Positions 6,211 to 13,425 of a stretch of DNA of 15,756 nt are shown piece after piece. The notes below the pieces were generated by a model. That model was not told where the DNA came from. It did not search any database and saw only the letters and a program-made list of their open reading frames with translations. The position numbers were made by a program, and so were the translations under genes. Source of the stretch: Candidatus Nanopusillus sp. GTDB taxonomy: Archaea > Nanobdellota > Nanobdellia > Nanobdellales > Nanobdellaceae. The stretch is from assembly GCA_028276785.1 (NCBI GenBank), contig JAPYVP010000010.1:1-15756 (forward strand), written 5' to 3'. Within the stretch, counting starts at the first letter, position 1. Each line of letters starts with the position of its first letter.

Positions 6211-7068
6211 ATGTTTGAAGGTGACTATTATATTGATGTAGGAATTGATAATAATGATTTTAAACTAATCTTAAATGATAACTCAGGAAATATAATTAAA
6301 GTATTTGATAATACTCCAGAAATAGTTAATCAAGCATGGAGAGAATTAGCTCAACTAATTGATAATTATGATCTAATGATTTATGGTAGAGTAAAGATGT
6401 ATAAAGATGGGGATTATATCTTTGATCTATTTAAAAGATATGCATTTATTATATTTATAGAACAGAATGCTTCTTATTTAGCCAGTTTAGATGGTTATAG
6501 AATAAAATACCCAAACTTTACTTATTACATTGCTACACTATATAAACTTTATAAAGCATTTGTTAATCCAAAAACTACTTTAAGTCCTCAAGAATTTATT
6601 TTAATTATTAATCCTTTATTAACTAAAATAAGACCAAACCTTTCCGGACAAGAACTAATTAAATTATTTGACACCTTTGCAATGAATTATTATAAAGCAA
6701 TAGATTATATAAATAAAGAACGTTTAGGTCTTAATAAGGTTATGATTGCAGCTGAAAGACCAATAAATGAAGAACCTAGTACATTAATTACACAACCTAA
6801 TGAAATGGCTATTAGACCAGCTCCATCAATTAATCAACCAAATGCAATAACAGCTTCAGCCCAACCAATGCCTTCTTCACAAAATCCAGGACCACTACCA
6901 ATGAATAATCCACCACAGGTAGTACCTCAAAGACCTCCAGAAATAGTTCAACCAAAAGAAGAAATAACCAAACCAATAGAAGAGAACAAACCAGTTCCAA
7001 CAGAAGAGGCAAATATTAGAAACATTAAAATAGAGCATAGAAGACTTAAATATTCTGAAAATGGATAG
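6211..7068 (+). CDS. hypothetical protein with a Pro/Gln/Asn-rich C-terminal region
   Basis: 285 aa. A globular N-terminal part of about 180 aa is followed by a low-complexity region (PAPSINQPNAITASAQPMPSSQNPGPLPMNNPPQVVPQRPPEIVQPKEE). It overlaps the integrase start by 8 nt (ATGGATAG). Confidence 0.75.
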   Translation: MFEGDYYIDVGIDNNDFKLILNDNSGNIIKVFDNTPEIVNQAWRELAQLIDNYDLMIYGRVKMYKDGDYIFDLFKRYAFIIFIEQNASYLASLDGYRIKYPNFTYYIATLYKLYKAFVNPKTTLSPQEFILIINPLLTKIRPNLSGQELIKLFDTFAMNYYKAIDYINKERLGLNKVMIAAERPINEEPSTLITQPNEMAIRPAPSINQPNAITASAQPMPSSQNPGPLPMNNPPQVVPQRPPEIVQPKEEITKPIEENKPVPTEEANIRNIKIEHRRLKYSENG

Positions 7069-7642
7069 AATACCCAGACATTGGGTAAAATTTATAGGTG
7101 GAAGACCCCCAACTTTTGAAGAACTATATCATATAATTAGATCTAATTTAGAAGAATATTATAATTTAGTAAGATTGCCAAACCCAAAAAGATCTTACAT
7201 TAAAAGGCTTATGTATTATGCTGTAGCTTATTTACAAATAACTAATGGATTGAGAGCTTCTGAAGCCATTTTTGCTATGAAAGAATTCTTAACAAAGGGT
7301 AATAAGAAATTCCAAATATTAGCTGAAAAATCTAATAAAAAAAGATGGGTTATTGTAGCTGAACCTTTAGCATCAATGGCTCCAGTGCTAAAAACTTACT
7401 TAGATACTTTAAAGAATATTAATAGAGGAAATTATAAGGAATTCCTTAGATATAATATGGGAATTAACCCACATACATTAAGATATGTATTTATATCTAA
7501 AGCTGTTAAAAAGGTTGGCGCAGAAGATACTATGGTATATATGGGCTATAAAGACTTTAGACATATGATGGAATATTATAGAACTATAAGATCTGAAGAA
7601 CTATTAGAAGAATTTATAAATAAAATCATAAATATTGAATAA
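7061..7642 (+). CDS. int: short tyrosine recombinase / integrase (catalytic domain only)
   Basis: 193 aa. It has the Arg-I context TNGLRASEA (R65), the H-x-x-R motif HTLRY (H138, R141), and a C-terminal MGYKDFRHMMEYY with candidate nucleophile Tyr172/173. The usual His/Trp position appears to be Tyr163. Motifs were read by eye. Confidence 0.75.
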   Translation: MDRIPRHWVKFIGGRPPTFEELYHIIRSNLEEYYNLVRLPNPKRSYIKRLMYYAVAYLQITNGLRASEAIFAMKEFLTKGNKKFQILAEKSNKKRWVIVAEPLASMAPVLKTYLDTLKNINRGNYKEFLRYNMGINPHTLRYVFISKAVKKVGAEDTMVYMGYKDFRHMMEYYRTIRSEELLEEFINKIINIE

Positions 7643-8098
7643 ATGGGTCTATTATCTAAGCTAAAAGAAATATTGCCAAAAAGTACAAAAAATTCTAGTT
7701 ATCTAATTTTTAAAGAAATTATCACTGCAGGAGGAGAAGATGTGCTTGTTATATCTATTTATACTCTAAATTTTAAGAAGGCTTTAAACAAACTTTTAGA
7801 AGATCAATATGCTCAAATACTCTGGAATGATATTAAAGAAAAATATAGAAAAAAATTAGATGAACAAAAGTTATACAAAGTTTTTGAATTCTTTATATTT
7901 GCACTTTATATGGAAACTCTTTTAGAAGATATAAAAAGAGAATTATCGGTGTTAGGTTCATTAAGTAATGAAAGAGGATACTTTCTTTATCGAGATCCTG
8001 AACTTTTTAATGGAGATCTAGATGAAGAAACATTTAAAAAATTCCTAGAAAAAATATGGAATTATTTCTATAATGAATTTTATAAAAAGATACATTAA
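7643..8098 (+). CDS. hypothetical protein
   Basis: 151-aa ORF that starts immediately after the integrase stop. No family recognised. Confidence 0.7.
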   Translation: MGLLSKLKEILPKSTKNSSYLIFKEIITAGGEDVLVISIYTLNFKKALNKLLEDQYAQILWNDIKEKYRKKLDEQKLYKVFEFFIFALYMETLLEDIKRELSVLGSLSNERGYFLYRDPELFNGDLDEETFKKFLEKIWNYFYNEFYKKIH

Positions 8099-8103
8099 GA
8101 AGC

Positions 8104-8415
8104 TTAAGAAATTTCTACACTTATCTTTTCAGCCAATTCTTTTTCTATATTCCATACCTTAAGGTTTATAGTATATAACTTTTTAGGTTCTTTTGTATTA
8201 TCATCTACTAATAATGCAAGTACTCCTGACACCATCTTTCCATTTCCTATTACTTCCTCTATTTTATAACCCATTCTTTGTATTAGCTTTGTTATTTCTT
8301 TCTTATATTTTTCTGTTAGCTCTTTATCCTTTGCTGCTATTGCTCCATATACATTTGTAATAAAACTCCTACCTGTTGGATTTACGGGCCTTAATAATTC
8401 TATAGATATTTCCAT
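8104..8415 (-). CDS. hypothetical small protein, paralog of 2424..2741
   Basis: 103 aa, colinear with the 105-aa product of 2424..2741 (see that entry). Its ATG lies 30 nt from the shared TATA box at 8438-8445. Confidence 0.7.
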   Translation of the reverse strand: MEISIELLRPVNPTGRSFITNVYGAIAAKDKELTEKYKKEITKLIQRMGYKIEEVIGNGKMVSGVLALLVDDNTKEPKKLYTINLKVWNIEKELAEKISVEIS

Positions 8416-8421
8416 AATATA

Positions 8422-8436
8422 GTTATAAGTTATAAC
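8422..8436. promoter_or_regulatory. 15-bp palindrome GTTATAAGTTATAAC (candidate operator)
   Basis: The 7-bp arms GTTATAA and TTATAAC flank a single central base. The palindrome lies between the shared TATA box and the ATG at 8415. Confidence 0.45.
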
Positions 8437-8437
8437 A

Positions 8438-8445
8438 TTTATAAA
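8438..8445. promoter_or_regulatory. single palindromic TATA box TTTATAAA shared by two divergent genes
   Basis: The box lies 29 nt from ATG 8467 (plus) and 30 nt from ATG 8415 (minus). The whole intergenic region is only 51 bp. Confidence 0.55.
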
Positions 8446-8466
8446 ATTTAAATAAACTAAAAGACA

Positions 8467-9036
8467 ATGGTAAAATGGCAGATAACAAATATAAATACTG
8501 TAGTCTATTTTAATGTCCCTATTAAATTAGGGCCTTTGGCAGATAAAATATGCAAAGATTATGTTATAAGTTATCATCCTAAAGATTTTCCTGGATTAGT
8601 TATTTACCTTGATAAATTTAGGATAAATATCTTTAGAACAGGATCAATAACTATTACTGGAATAAAAAAAGTTGAGGATTTAACTTCTTCTGTTGATGAA
8701 GTAAGAAATTTATTAAAAAAGTATAATGTTAATTTACCAGAAAAATATAAACTAGAAATAGTAACCAGCTCAATAATTGGAAAATTTGATTATGATAAAA
8801 TAGACATTGAAAGGATGGGTATTGAATTGGAGAATGCTATATATGATCCTGAAAGATTCTCAGCAGCTATTGTTTATTATAATATTTCCCCAAACTACAA
8901 AGTATCTTTTAATATCTTTAAAAATGGTACTTTTGTTGGTGCTGGTTTCAAAAGTGAGCCAAACATACTTATCCAGCATATAGATCAGATAGTAAATTCT
9001 TTTCAAGAGAATATAGTTAAAAAGTATGCTAAATAA
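8467..9036 (+). CDS. tbp: divergent TATA-binding protein (two TBP repeats)
   Basis: 189 aa. Repeat 1 reads ITNINTVVYFNVPIKLGPLADKICKDYVISYHPKDFPGLVIYLDKFRINIFRTGSITITGIKKVED. Repeat 2 reads LEIVTSSIIGKFDYDKIDIERMGIELENAIYDPERFSAAIVYYNISPNYKVSFNIFKNGTFVGAGFKSEPN. Both follow the archaeal TBP pattern I.N.V......L......(Y)eP(E).FPG(L)......(L)IF.SGK...TG.KS.E, but repeat 2 has lost FPG. Confidence 0.85.
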   Translation: MVKWQITNINTVVYFNVPIKLGPLADKICKDYVISYHPKDFPGLVIYLDKFRINIFRTGSITITGIKKVEDLTSSVDEVRNLLKKYNVNLPEKYKLEIVTSSIIGKFDYDKIDIERMGIELENAIYDPERFSAAIVYYNISPNYKVSFNIFKNGTFVGAGFKSEPNILIQHIDQIVNSFQENIVKKYAK

Positions 9037-9081
9037 TTTCTGCCTTAAAATTTATATATAAGATAAAGTATAATAATTATT

Positions 9082-9603
9082 ATGGTGTATATGGATATGT
9101 TCAATAGAGAAGATATTTTTAATAGGAGCTTATATCCACCATATACAAATATAGTAAGGGAAATAAGAGATAGGTCTATCTATGCCCCTATAAGAAACAA
9201 ACTTGAAAAATTAAGGCAACTTGTCAGAAAAACATATAAAATAGTACATGATTTAAGAGTAGAGTATCGTAATGCAGATATTGAAGTAATAGCTAGTATG
9301 ATACTTAGAATTAAATATATTGCTGAAGAAATGGAAGATCTTATTGATGAAATCTTAAAAGAGATAATGCCATCTGGTAAAGATAGTGAAACATTTAGAT
9401 ATTACTTAAATAGAATTTTATATGAAGTAATTTATAATATAGATAATGATACAGGTGCTCTTATATTTAATATAGAACATGGAGATGAATATGGTATAGA
9501 TTATGATCAATTTGAAGATGAATTAGTTAAATTTTTAGATGGTACAGAAAGAGCTCTCAAAGAAGTAGACGCTACTATAGATAGAATTCTTAGAAGTATA
9601 TAA
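9082..9603 (+). CDS. hypothetical helical protein
   Basis: 173-aa ORF. A TTTATATA box (9051-9058) lies 31 nt upstream of the ATG at 9082. Alternative ATGs are at 9091 and 9097. Confidence 0.7.
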   Translation: MVYMDMFNREDIFNRSLYPPYTNIVREIRDRSIYAPIRNKLEKLRQLVRKTYKIVHDLRVEYRNADIEVIASMILRIKYIAEEMEDLIDEILKEIMPSGKDSETFRYYLNRILYEVIYNIDNDTGALIFNIEHGDEYGIDYDQFEDELVKFLDGTERALKEVDATIDRILRSI

Positions 9604-9611
9604 TCTTTTTT

Positions 9612-9920
9612 ATGAATAAATTTTATCGAAAGGGCTATTATTATGAAAGAAAGGTCAAGCAATTTCTGATATCAAAAAATTATTTGGTTTGGCGTTCTCC
9701 AGGTTCTAAATCTCCAGTAGATATTATTGCAATAGATGATAAAGGTTATGTAAAATTAATTCAGGTTAAAAGCCATAAAAATATAAAGAAAGAAGAATTA
9801 GAAACCCTTAAAGAATTAGCAAAAAAGTATGAAAATGTGCCTAATGTTGAAGTAGAACTCTGGATCTTTGATAAAAAGCAGAAAATAATATACAATAAAA
9901 AAGCCCTTTTAAATTTATGA
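9612..9920 (+). CDS. hjc: Hjc-like Holliday junction resolvase-fold (PD-(D/E)xK) nuclease
   Basis: 102 aa. RKGYYYERKVKQFLISKNYLVWRSPGSKSPVDIIAIDDKGYVKLIQVKSHK parallels Sulfolobus Hjc RKGSAVERNIVSRLRDKGFAVVRAPASG...PDIIALKNGVIILIEMKSRK (recalled from memory). E12, D37 and K53 are present, but the E of the ExK motif is Gln51. Confidence 0.7.
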   Translation: MNKFYRKGYYYERKVKQFLISKNYLVWRSPGSKSPVDIIAIDDKGYVKLIQVKSHKNIKKEELETLKELAKKYENVPNVEVELWIFDKKQKIIYNKKALLNL

Positions 9921-9942
9921 AAAGTAAAACTAATACTTATAT

Positions 9943-10560
9943 ATGGAAACTGATGAAGAACTCTTTATAAATCCATGGGAACCTAATGCTAGTAGAGTCA
10001 TAGATAGTTTAACAAGAAAATATCTTATAGCTTATGATAAATTAGAAAGATTAGCTAAAACTTCAGGAGTTGTACAAGCAAAAACAGTTCAAGATACTTT
10101 AATGGAAATATTTAGATGGGAGTTAATTGCAAGATTTAAAATACCTTTTATGGTTGATGGACAAAATGCAGTAACTTTATATAATCCACTCATTTACAAA
10201 ATGTGGGGTTATGTACCATTTGTCGGTGGTGTTGCAAGTAAATTCTTACAAAATAGCCTATTCTTAATATTTGATAAATTTAAGTATGATACAGAACCAT
10301 TTGATGATGCTTATTATTTTAAAGTAGTTGATTTTATGAAAAAATTAGCAGATTATAAAGATAATATTAATAAATCTTACTTGAGGGCCTTTTTATTTAA
10401 CAATACAATAGTATACCTTGAATATAAAACAACATTCATGTTTGGAGAAAAGGGAAACTACTTTGTATACTTTAAACCATTAGAACCTAGAGAAGATGAA
10501 GTTAGAAATGCAATGGTTGATCTATATTATGCAGTCTCTGATCTTGCAAGAAAAGATTAA
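9943..10560 (+). CDS. hypothetical protein
   Basis: 205-aa ORF, the last gene of the plus-strand block. No family recognised. Confidence 0.7.
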   Translation: METDEELFINPWEPNASRVIDSLTRKYLIAYDKLERLAKTSGVVQAKTVQDTLMEIFRWELIARFKIPFMVDGQNAVTLYNPLIYKMWGYVPFVGGVASKFLQNSLFLIFDKFKYDTEPFDDAYYFKVVDFMKKLADYKDNINKSYLRAFLFNNTIVYLEYKTTFMFGEKGNYFVYFKPLEPREDEVRNAMVDLYYAVSDLARKD

Positions 10561-10561
10561 T

Positions 10562-10729
10562 CTATATATTTAAAAGTATTTTTAATAGTGCTAGCACATC
10601 TAGAACAACTATAATTCCAGCTAAATATTTTATTATTTCATTTGAAAATAAATTTAGGTTCCAAATTAGAGCTAATTCCACTAAGGTACCCCCAACTACT
10701 ATTAAACTTGTAATTATCCTAGAGTCCAC
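10562..10729 (-). CDS. possible 55-aa two-helix membrane peptide with a GTG start
   Basis: The hand translation is (V/M)DSRIITSLIVVGGTLVELALIWNLNLFSNEIIKYLAGIIVVLDVLALLKILLNI. It has no ATG and only an in-frame GTG after an upstream TAA, so the call is weak. Confidence 0.3.
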   Translation of the reverse strand: MDSRIITSLIVVGGTLVELALIWNLNLFSNEIIKYLAGIIVVLDVLALLKILLNI

Positions 10730-10780
10730 ATATAATAATTGCCGTTATTTTTTTAAAGTTTTATATAAAAGAATTAGTAT

Positions 10781-11305
10781 ATGAAATTACAATTAGTAGA
10801 AAGATATCTTAATGAAAATATTCCAAATTTTCTAAAAAAATCTTTAGCTGCACATTATAAAGACGTTCTTACCTTTAGTGAGGCTGTACCTTCACTTTAT
10901 ATTAAATATTTAGCTTATCATGCTATCGCATATTTTCAATACTTAAACAGTTTTGGGGTTAATGATGCAATAAAACTTTATAAAGAATATATAAACTCTA
11001 ACGGTAAAATAACAACTTTTAAGTATAATAGTTTTGAGATACCTTTAAAATTTGATGATCTTTTAAAAAGTGTAAGCCAAACACTAATTCAATATAAAGA
11101 GATAGTACAAAGTATTAAAGAAAGAGAGTATATTTTACATTTTAGGTATGAACATAATCTAATAGCTTCATATATAACTATTTATAATTTAATAAAAGCT
11201 TTTAAAAAGATAGGGCTTGAAGGTATTGTATCATTAAAAAAGCATTGGAGGCTGATTGATATAGTATTTATCCCTTATTTATTAAAGGAAAATGGACAAA
11301 GATAA
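10781..11305 (+). CDS. integrase-like paralog lacking the catalytic arginines (degenerate tyrosine-recombinase fold)
   Basis: 174 aa. AIAYFQYLNSFGVNDAIKLYKEY aligns with the integrase segment AVAYLQITNGLRASEAIFAMKEF, placing Gly at the R65 position. HNLIASY...KAFKKIG aligns with HTLRYVF..KAVKKVG, placing Ile at the R141 position. It shares IAYFQY, EIPLK.D, SL(K/R)KHW and PYLLK with 13460..13975. A T/A box at 10750-10757 lies 31 nt upstream of the ATG. Confidence 0.65.
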   Translation: MKLQLVERYLNENIPNFLKKSLAAHYKDVLTFSEAVPSLYIKYLAYHAIAYFQYLNSFGVNDAIKLYKEYINSNGKITTFKYNSFEIPLKFDDLLKSVSQTLIQYKEIVQSIKEREYILHFRYEHNLIASYITIYNLIKAFKKIGLEGIVSLKKHWRLIDIVFIPYLLKENGQR

Positions 11306-11891
11306 TATGAACAATACTTTAAATATGATAAATCAAATATTGGGATATCAAGATTATACAAACATAGAGAAGGCTATCTTAACATTATTATACCTTTATA
11401 ATGATAAAGTAGATGTTTATAGATTACATAAGATGGTTTTTTTAGCTTCTTTAGATATTCCCGAATTAAGAGAAGAACTTGATCCGAGGCCATCTATGTA
11501 TAAAGGTATATTTTATGATGAAAATATAGCTGAAGCAATTGAATCTTTAAAATTTGATGGCTTAATAGAGGGGGATACTTTTTTACAGTTATCCTCAAAG
11601 GGAAAGGCCCTCCCATTTCTGTTATCTGATAAAGAAAAAGATATTTATAATGAAGTTGTAGATTTATTTAAGGATACAACTGATGATGAAATCCTTGCAA
11701 TATTCTATTATAAACTATATGACCAAATAAAAATATTAAAACCATTAAAAAGGATCGAAAGCAATAGAAAGAAATTAGCTCTAAGTTTATATCAAAAAGG
11801 AAAAATCTCTATTGAAGCTGCTTCAGAGATTGCTGGTATGAATATAAAAGATTTTATGGAAATGCTAAAGAAAAAGAAATTACTTTCCTAA
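11292..11891 (+). CDS. fusion of a YwgA/SocA(Panacea)-like winged-helix region and a C-terminal UPF0175-type HTH antitoxin domain
   Basis: 199 aa. YRLHKMVFLAS...YKGIFYDENIAEAIESLKFDGLIEG resembles the YwgA/DUF4065 pattern RLQK(L/M)V(Y/F)(L/I)A...YGPYSeeL...IeeL...G(L/F)(I/L). The C-terminus RKKLALSLYQKGKISIEAASEIAGMNIKDFMEMLKKKK resembles the UPF0175 consensus (LA..LY..GK(L/I)S.G.AAE.AGM....F.E.L). It overlaps the upstream gene by 14 nt; an alternative ATG is at 11307. Confidence 0.6.
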   Translation: MDKDNMNNTLNMINQILGYQDYTNIEKAILTLLYLYNDKVDVYRLHKMVFLASLDIPELREELDPRPSMYKGIFYDENIAEAIESLKFDGLIEGDTFLQLSSKGKALPFLLSDKEKDIYNEVVDLFKDTTDDEILAIFYYKLYDQIKILKPLKRIESNRKKLALSLYQKGKISIEAASEIAGMNIKDFMEMLKKKKLLS

Positions 11892-11895
11892 AAAA

Positions 11896-12057
11896 TTATT
11901 GAGCTACTTTTGTCTTAACAAATACATACACTGTTCCTTTACAATATGGACATGTGCCTTTTATAGCTTTCTTTCCATTCTTTAAAGTAACTTCTTGTGG
12001 ATTTTCAACGTTTACTTTTTTCTTACATTTAACACAATATGCCATATATTGCTCCAT
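11896..12057 (-). CDS. small zinc-ribbon protein (DUF5679-like)
   Basis: The hand translation is 53 aa: MEQYMAYCVKCKKKVNVENPQEVTLKNGKKAIKGTCPYCKGTVYVFVKTKVAQ. The CxxC...CxxC spacing and the flanking residues match the DUF5679 pattern AYCVKCK.K.....P..VT.KNG.....G.CP.CG(T)K(V/M). It is below the track cut-off. Confidence 0.6.
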   Translation of the reverse strand: MEQYMAYCVKCKKKVNVENPQEVTLKNGKKAIKGTCPYCKGTVYVFVKTKVAQ

Positions 12058-12121
12058 CAATAATATATATTGCCCCTATTTATAAACTTTTTGAATTATG
12101 CCGCATAACTTAAAGGGCAAA

Positions 12122-12129
12122 TTTATAAA
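12122..12129 (+). promoter_or_regulatory. TATA box upstream of tnpB
   Basis: TTTATAAA lies 30 nt upstream of the ATG at 12152. A second box at 12079-12086 lies further upstream. Confidence 0.45.
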
Positions 12130-12151
12130 TCTTGAATATATAAATAAAAAC

Positions 12152-13330
12152 ATGAGTAGGGGGAAGGGTAAGCTAATGATTGCATATAAATTTAGGGCTT
12201 ATCCTACCCCCGAACAAGAGAAAAAGCTTCATGAAATTTTTGCTACTGAAGCTAAAATCTATAATGAAATGATTAAGAAAGCTAATGAGATGAATACGCA
12301 TGACTTAAAAACTGTTGAAAAGACTTTAAGACAAATAATTCATGATTTAGAAAGCTTATGGAAAGGTAAGATATATTCTATGGTTATATATCCTATTGAA
12401 GAGAAATTACTTTATAACTTAAAAGGTTTAGCTCGATTAAAGAAAAAAGGTAAAAAAGTTGGTTCTCTAAAACCAAAAGAAAAGTTTACTTTCTTATTTT
12501 ATAGACATCATGGGTTTAGATTAGATATTGATGGAGTTGAACTATCTAAATTGGGAAAAATAAAAGTACTCTTTCATAGACCCATAGAAGGAAAAATAAA
12601 AGGGGTTGGAATAAAATTAGATAAAGATAATAAATGGTATGTTTATATTGTATCTGAAATAACTCCAAAACCCTTACCTAAAACTGGTAAGGTTGTTGCT
12701 ATTGATTGGGGCATTGAAAAACTTTTAACTACTTCTGATGGTATTGCTATACAAAACCCTTTAATATTAGATAAATTAGAAGAGAGGATTAAAAGATTAC
12801 AAAAAGCTTTATCAAGAAAAAAGAAAGGCTCTAAAAATTATGAAAAAACCAGAGTTAGATTAGCAAAACTTTATAAGTATGCAAAAAACTTAATTAATGA
12901 TTATTTACATAAGGTTACTACATGGTTAGTTAAAAATTATGATGTAATATATGTAGAAAATATAAGGGTTGAAAAATTAATACAAACAAATAAAGCTAAA
13001 AAGTTAAGGAGGCATATTTTACAAGCTAATTACTTTAAGTTTTTGGAGCTTTTAGAGTATAAAGCTAAATTGTATGGTAAACAGGTTATAAAAGTCTCAC
13101 CTAAAAATACATCTAAAAAATGTTCTAGATGTGGCTATGTTAATCAAAAGTTATCTCTAAATGATAGAATATTTAAATGTCCTAAATGTGGTTTAGAAAT
13201 TGATAGAGACTATAATGCTGCTCTAAATATCTTAAATGCGGGGCTGGGGCAGCCCAAAGCGCCTGTGGAGGGGAAACCTCTGCTGTACATCTCCTTCTCT
13301 GAGGGGGTGTACAGCAAGTTTCCCGGATGA
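12152..13330 (+). CDS. tnpB: TnpB (OrfB) RNA-guided endonuclease, IS200/IS605 family
   Basis: It has the typical N-terminus MIAYKFRAYPTPEQEKKL (that ATG is at 12176; the ORF is open from 12098). The RuvC motifs are VVAIDWGIEK (D), VIYVENIRV (E) and EIDRDYNAALNI (D). The zinc finger is CSRCGYV...CPKCGLE. The start at 12152 is chosen on TATA spacing, and 12176 is equally plausible. Confidence 0.9.
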   Translation: MSRGKGKLMIAYKFRAYPTPEQEKKLHEIFATEAKIYNEMIKKANEMNTHDLKTVEKTLRQIIHDLESLWKGKIYSMVIYPIEEKLLYNLKGLARLKKKGKKVGSLKPKEKFTFLFYRHHGFRLDIDGVELSKLGKIKVLFHRPIEGKIKGVGIKLDKDNKWYVYIVSEITPKPLPKTGKVVAIDWGIEKLLTTSDGIAIQNPLILDKLEERIKRLQKALSRKKKGSKNYEKTRVRLAKLYKYAKNLINDYLHKVTTWLVKNYDVIYVENIRVEKLIQTNKAKKLRRHILQANYFKFLELLEYKAKLYGKQVIKVSPKNTSKKCSRCGYVNQKLSLNDRIFKCPKCGLEIDRDYNAALNILNAGLGQPKAPVEGKPLLYISFSEGVYSKFPG

Positions 13331-13425
13331 AGCAGGAAACATGTGGTAAGCCTGGAAAGGGCTTACCTAAATAGGAGAAAAGCAGTAAAGCAGAAAAGCA
13401 GAGAGAAAGGCCCACTTCTGTGAGC
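13235..13425 (+). ncRNA. putative TnpB omega RNA (reRNA) scaffold overlapping the tnpB 3' end
   Basis: This is a G+C-rich island with consecutive plus-strand stems. GGGCTG/CAGCCC pairs 13241-46 with 13250-55. GAGG/CCTC pairs 13268-71 with 13277-80. CTGTACA/TGTACAG pairs 13283-89 with 13308-14. GGTAAGCC/GGCTTACC pairs 13345-52 with 13360-67. Known TnpB omega RNAs overlap the 3' end of tnpB and the right end of the element. The exact ends are unknown. Confidence 0.6.

Noticed and set aside
6830-7012. A minus-strand 60-aa Leu/Val-rich ORF.
   Set aside because: It is the antisense reading of the Pro/Gln-rich coding region of 6211..7068, a typical shadow ORF.
13182-13415. A minus-strand 77-aa ORF lies across the tnpB 3' end.
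   Set aside because: It stays open only because the region is G+C-rich. It overlaps tnpB and the stems that fit an omega RNA, and its Cys/Pro/Arg-rich composition is unlike every other protein here.
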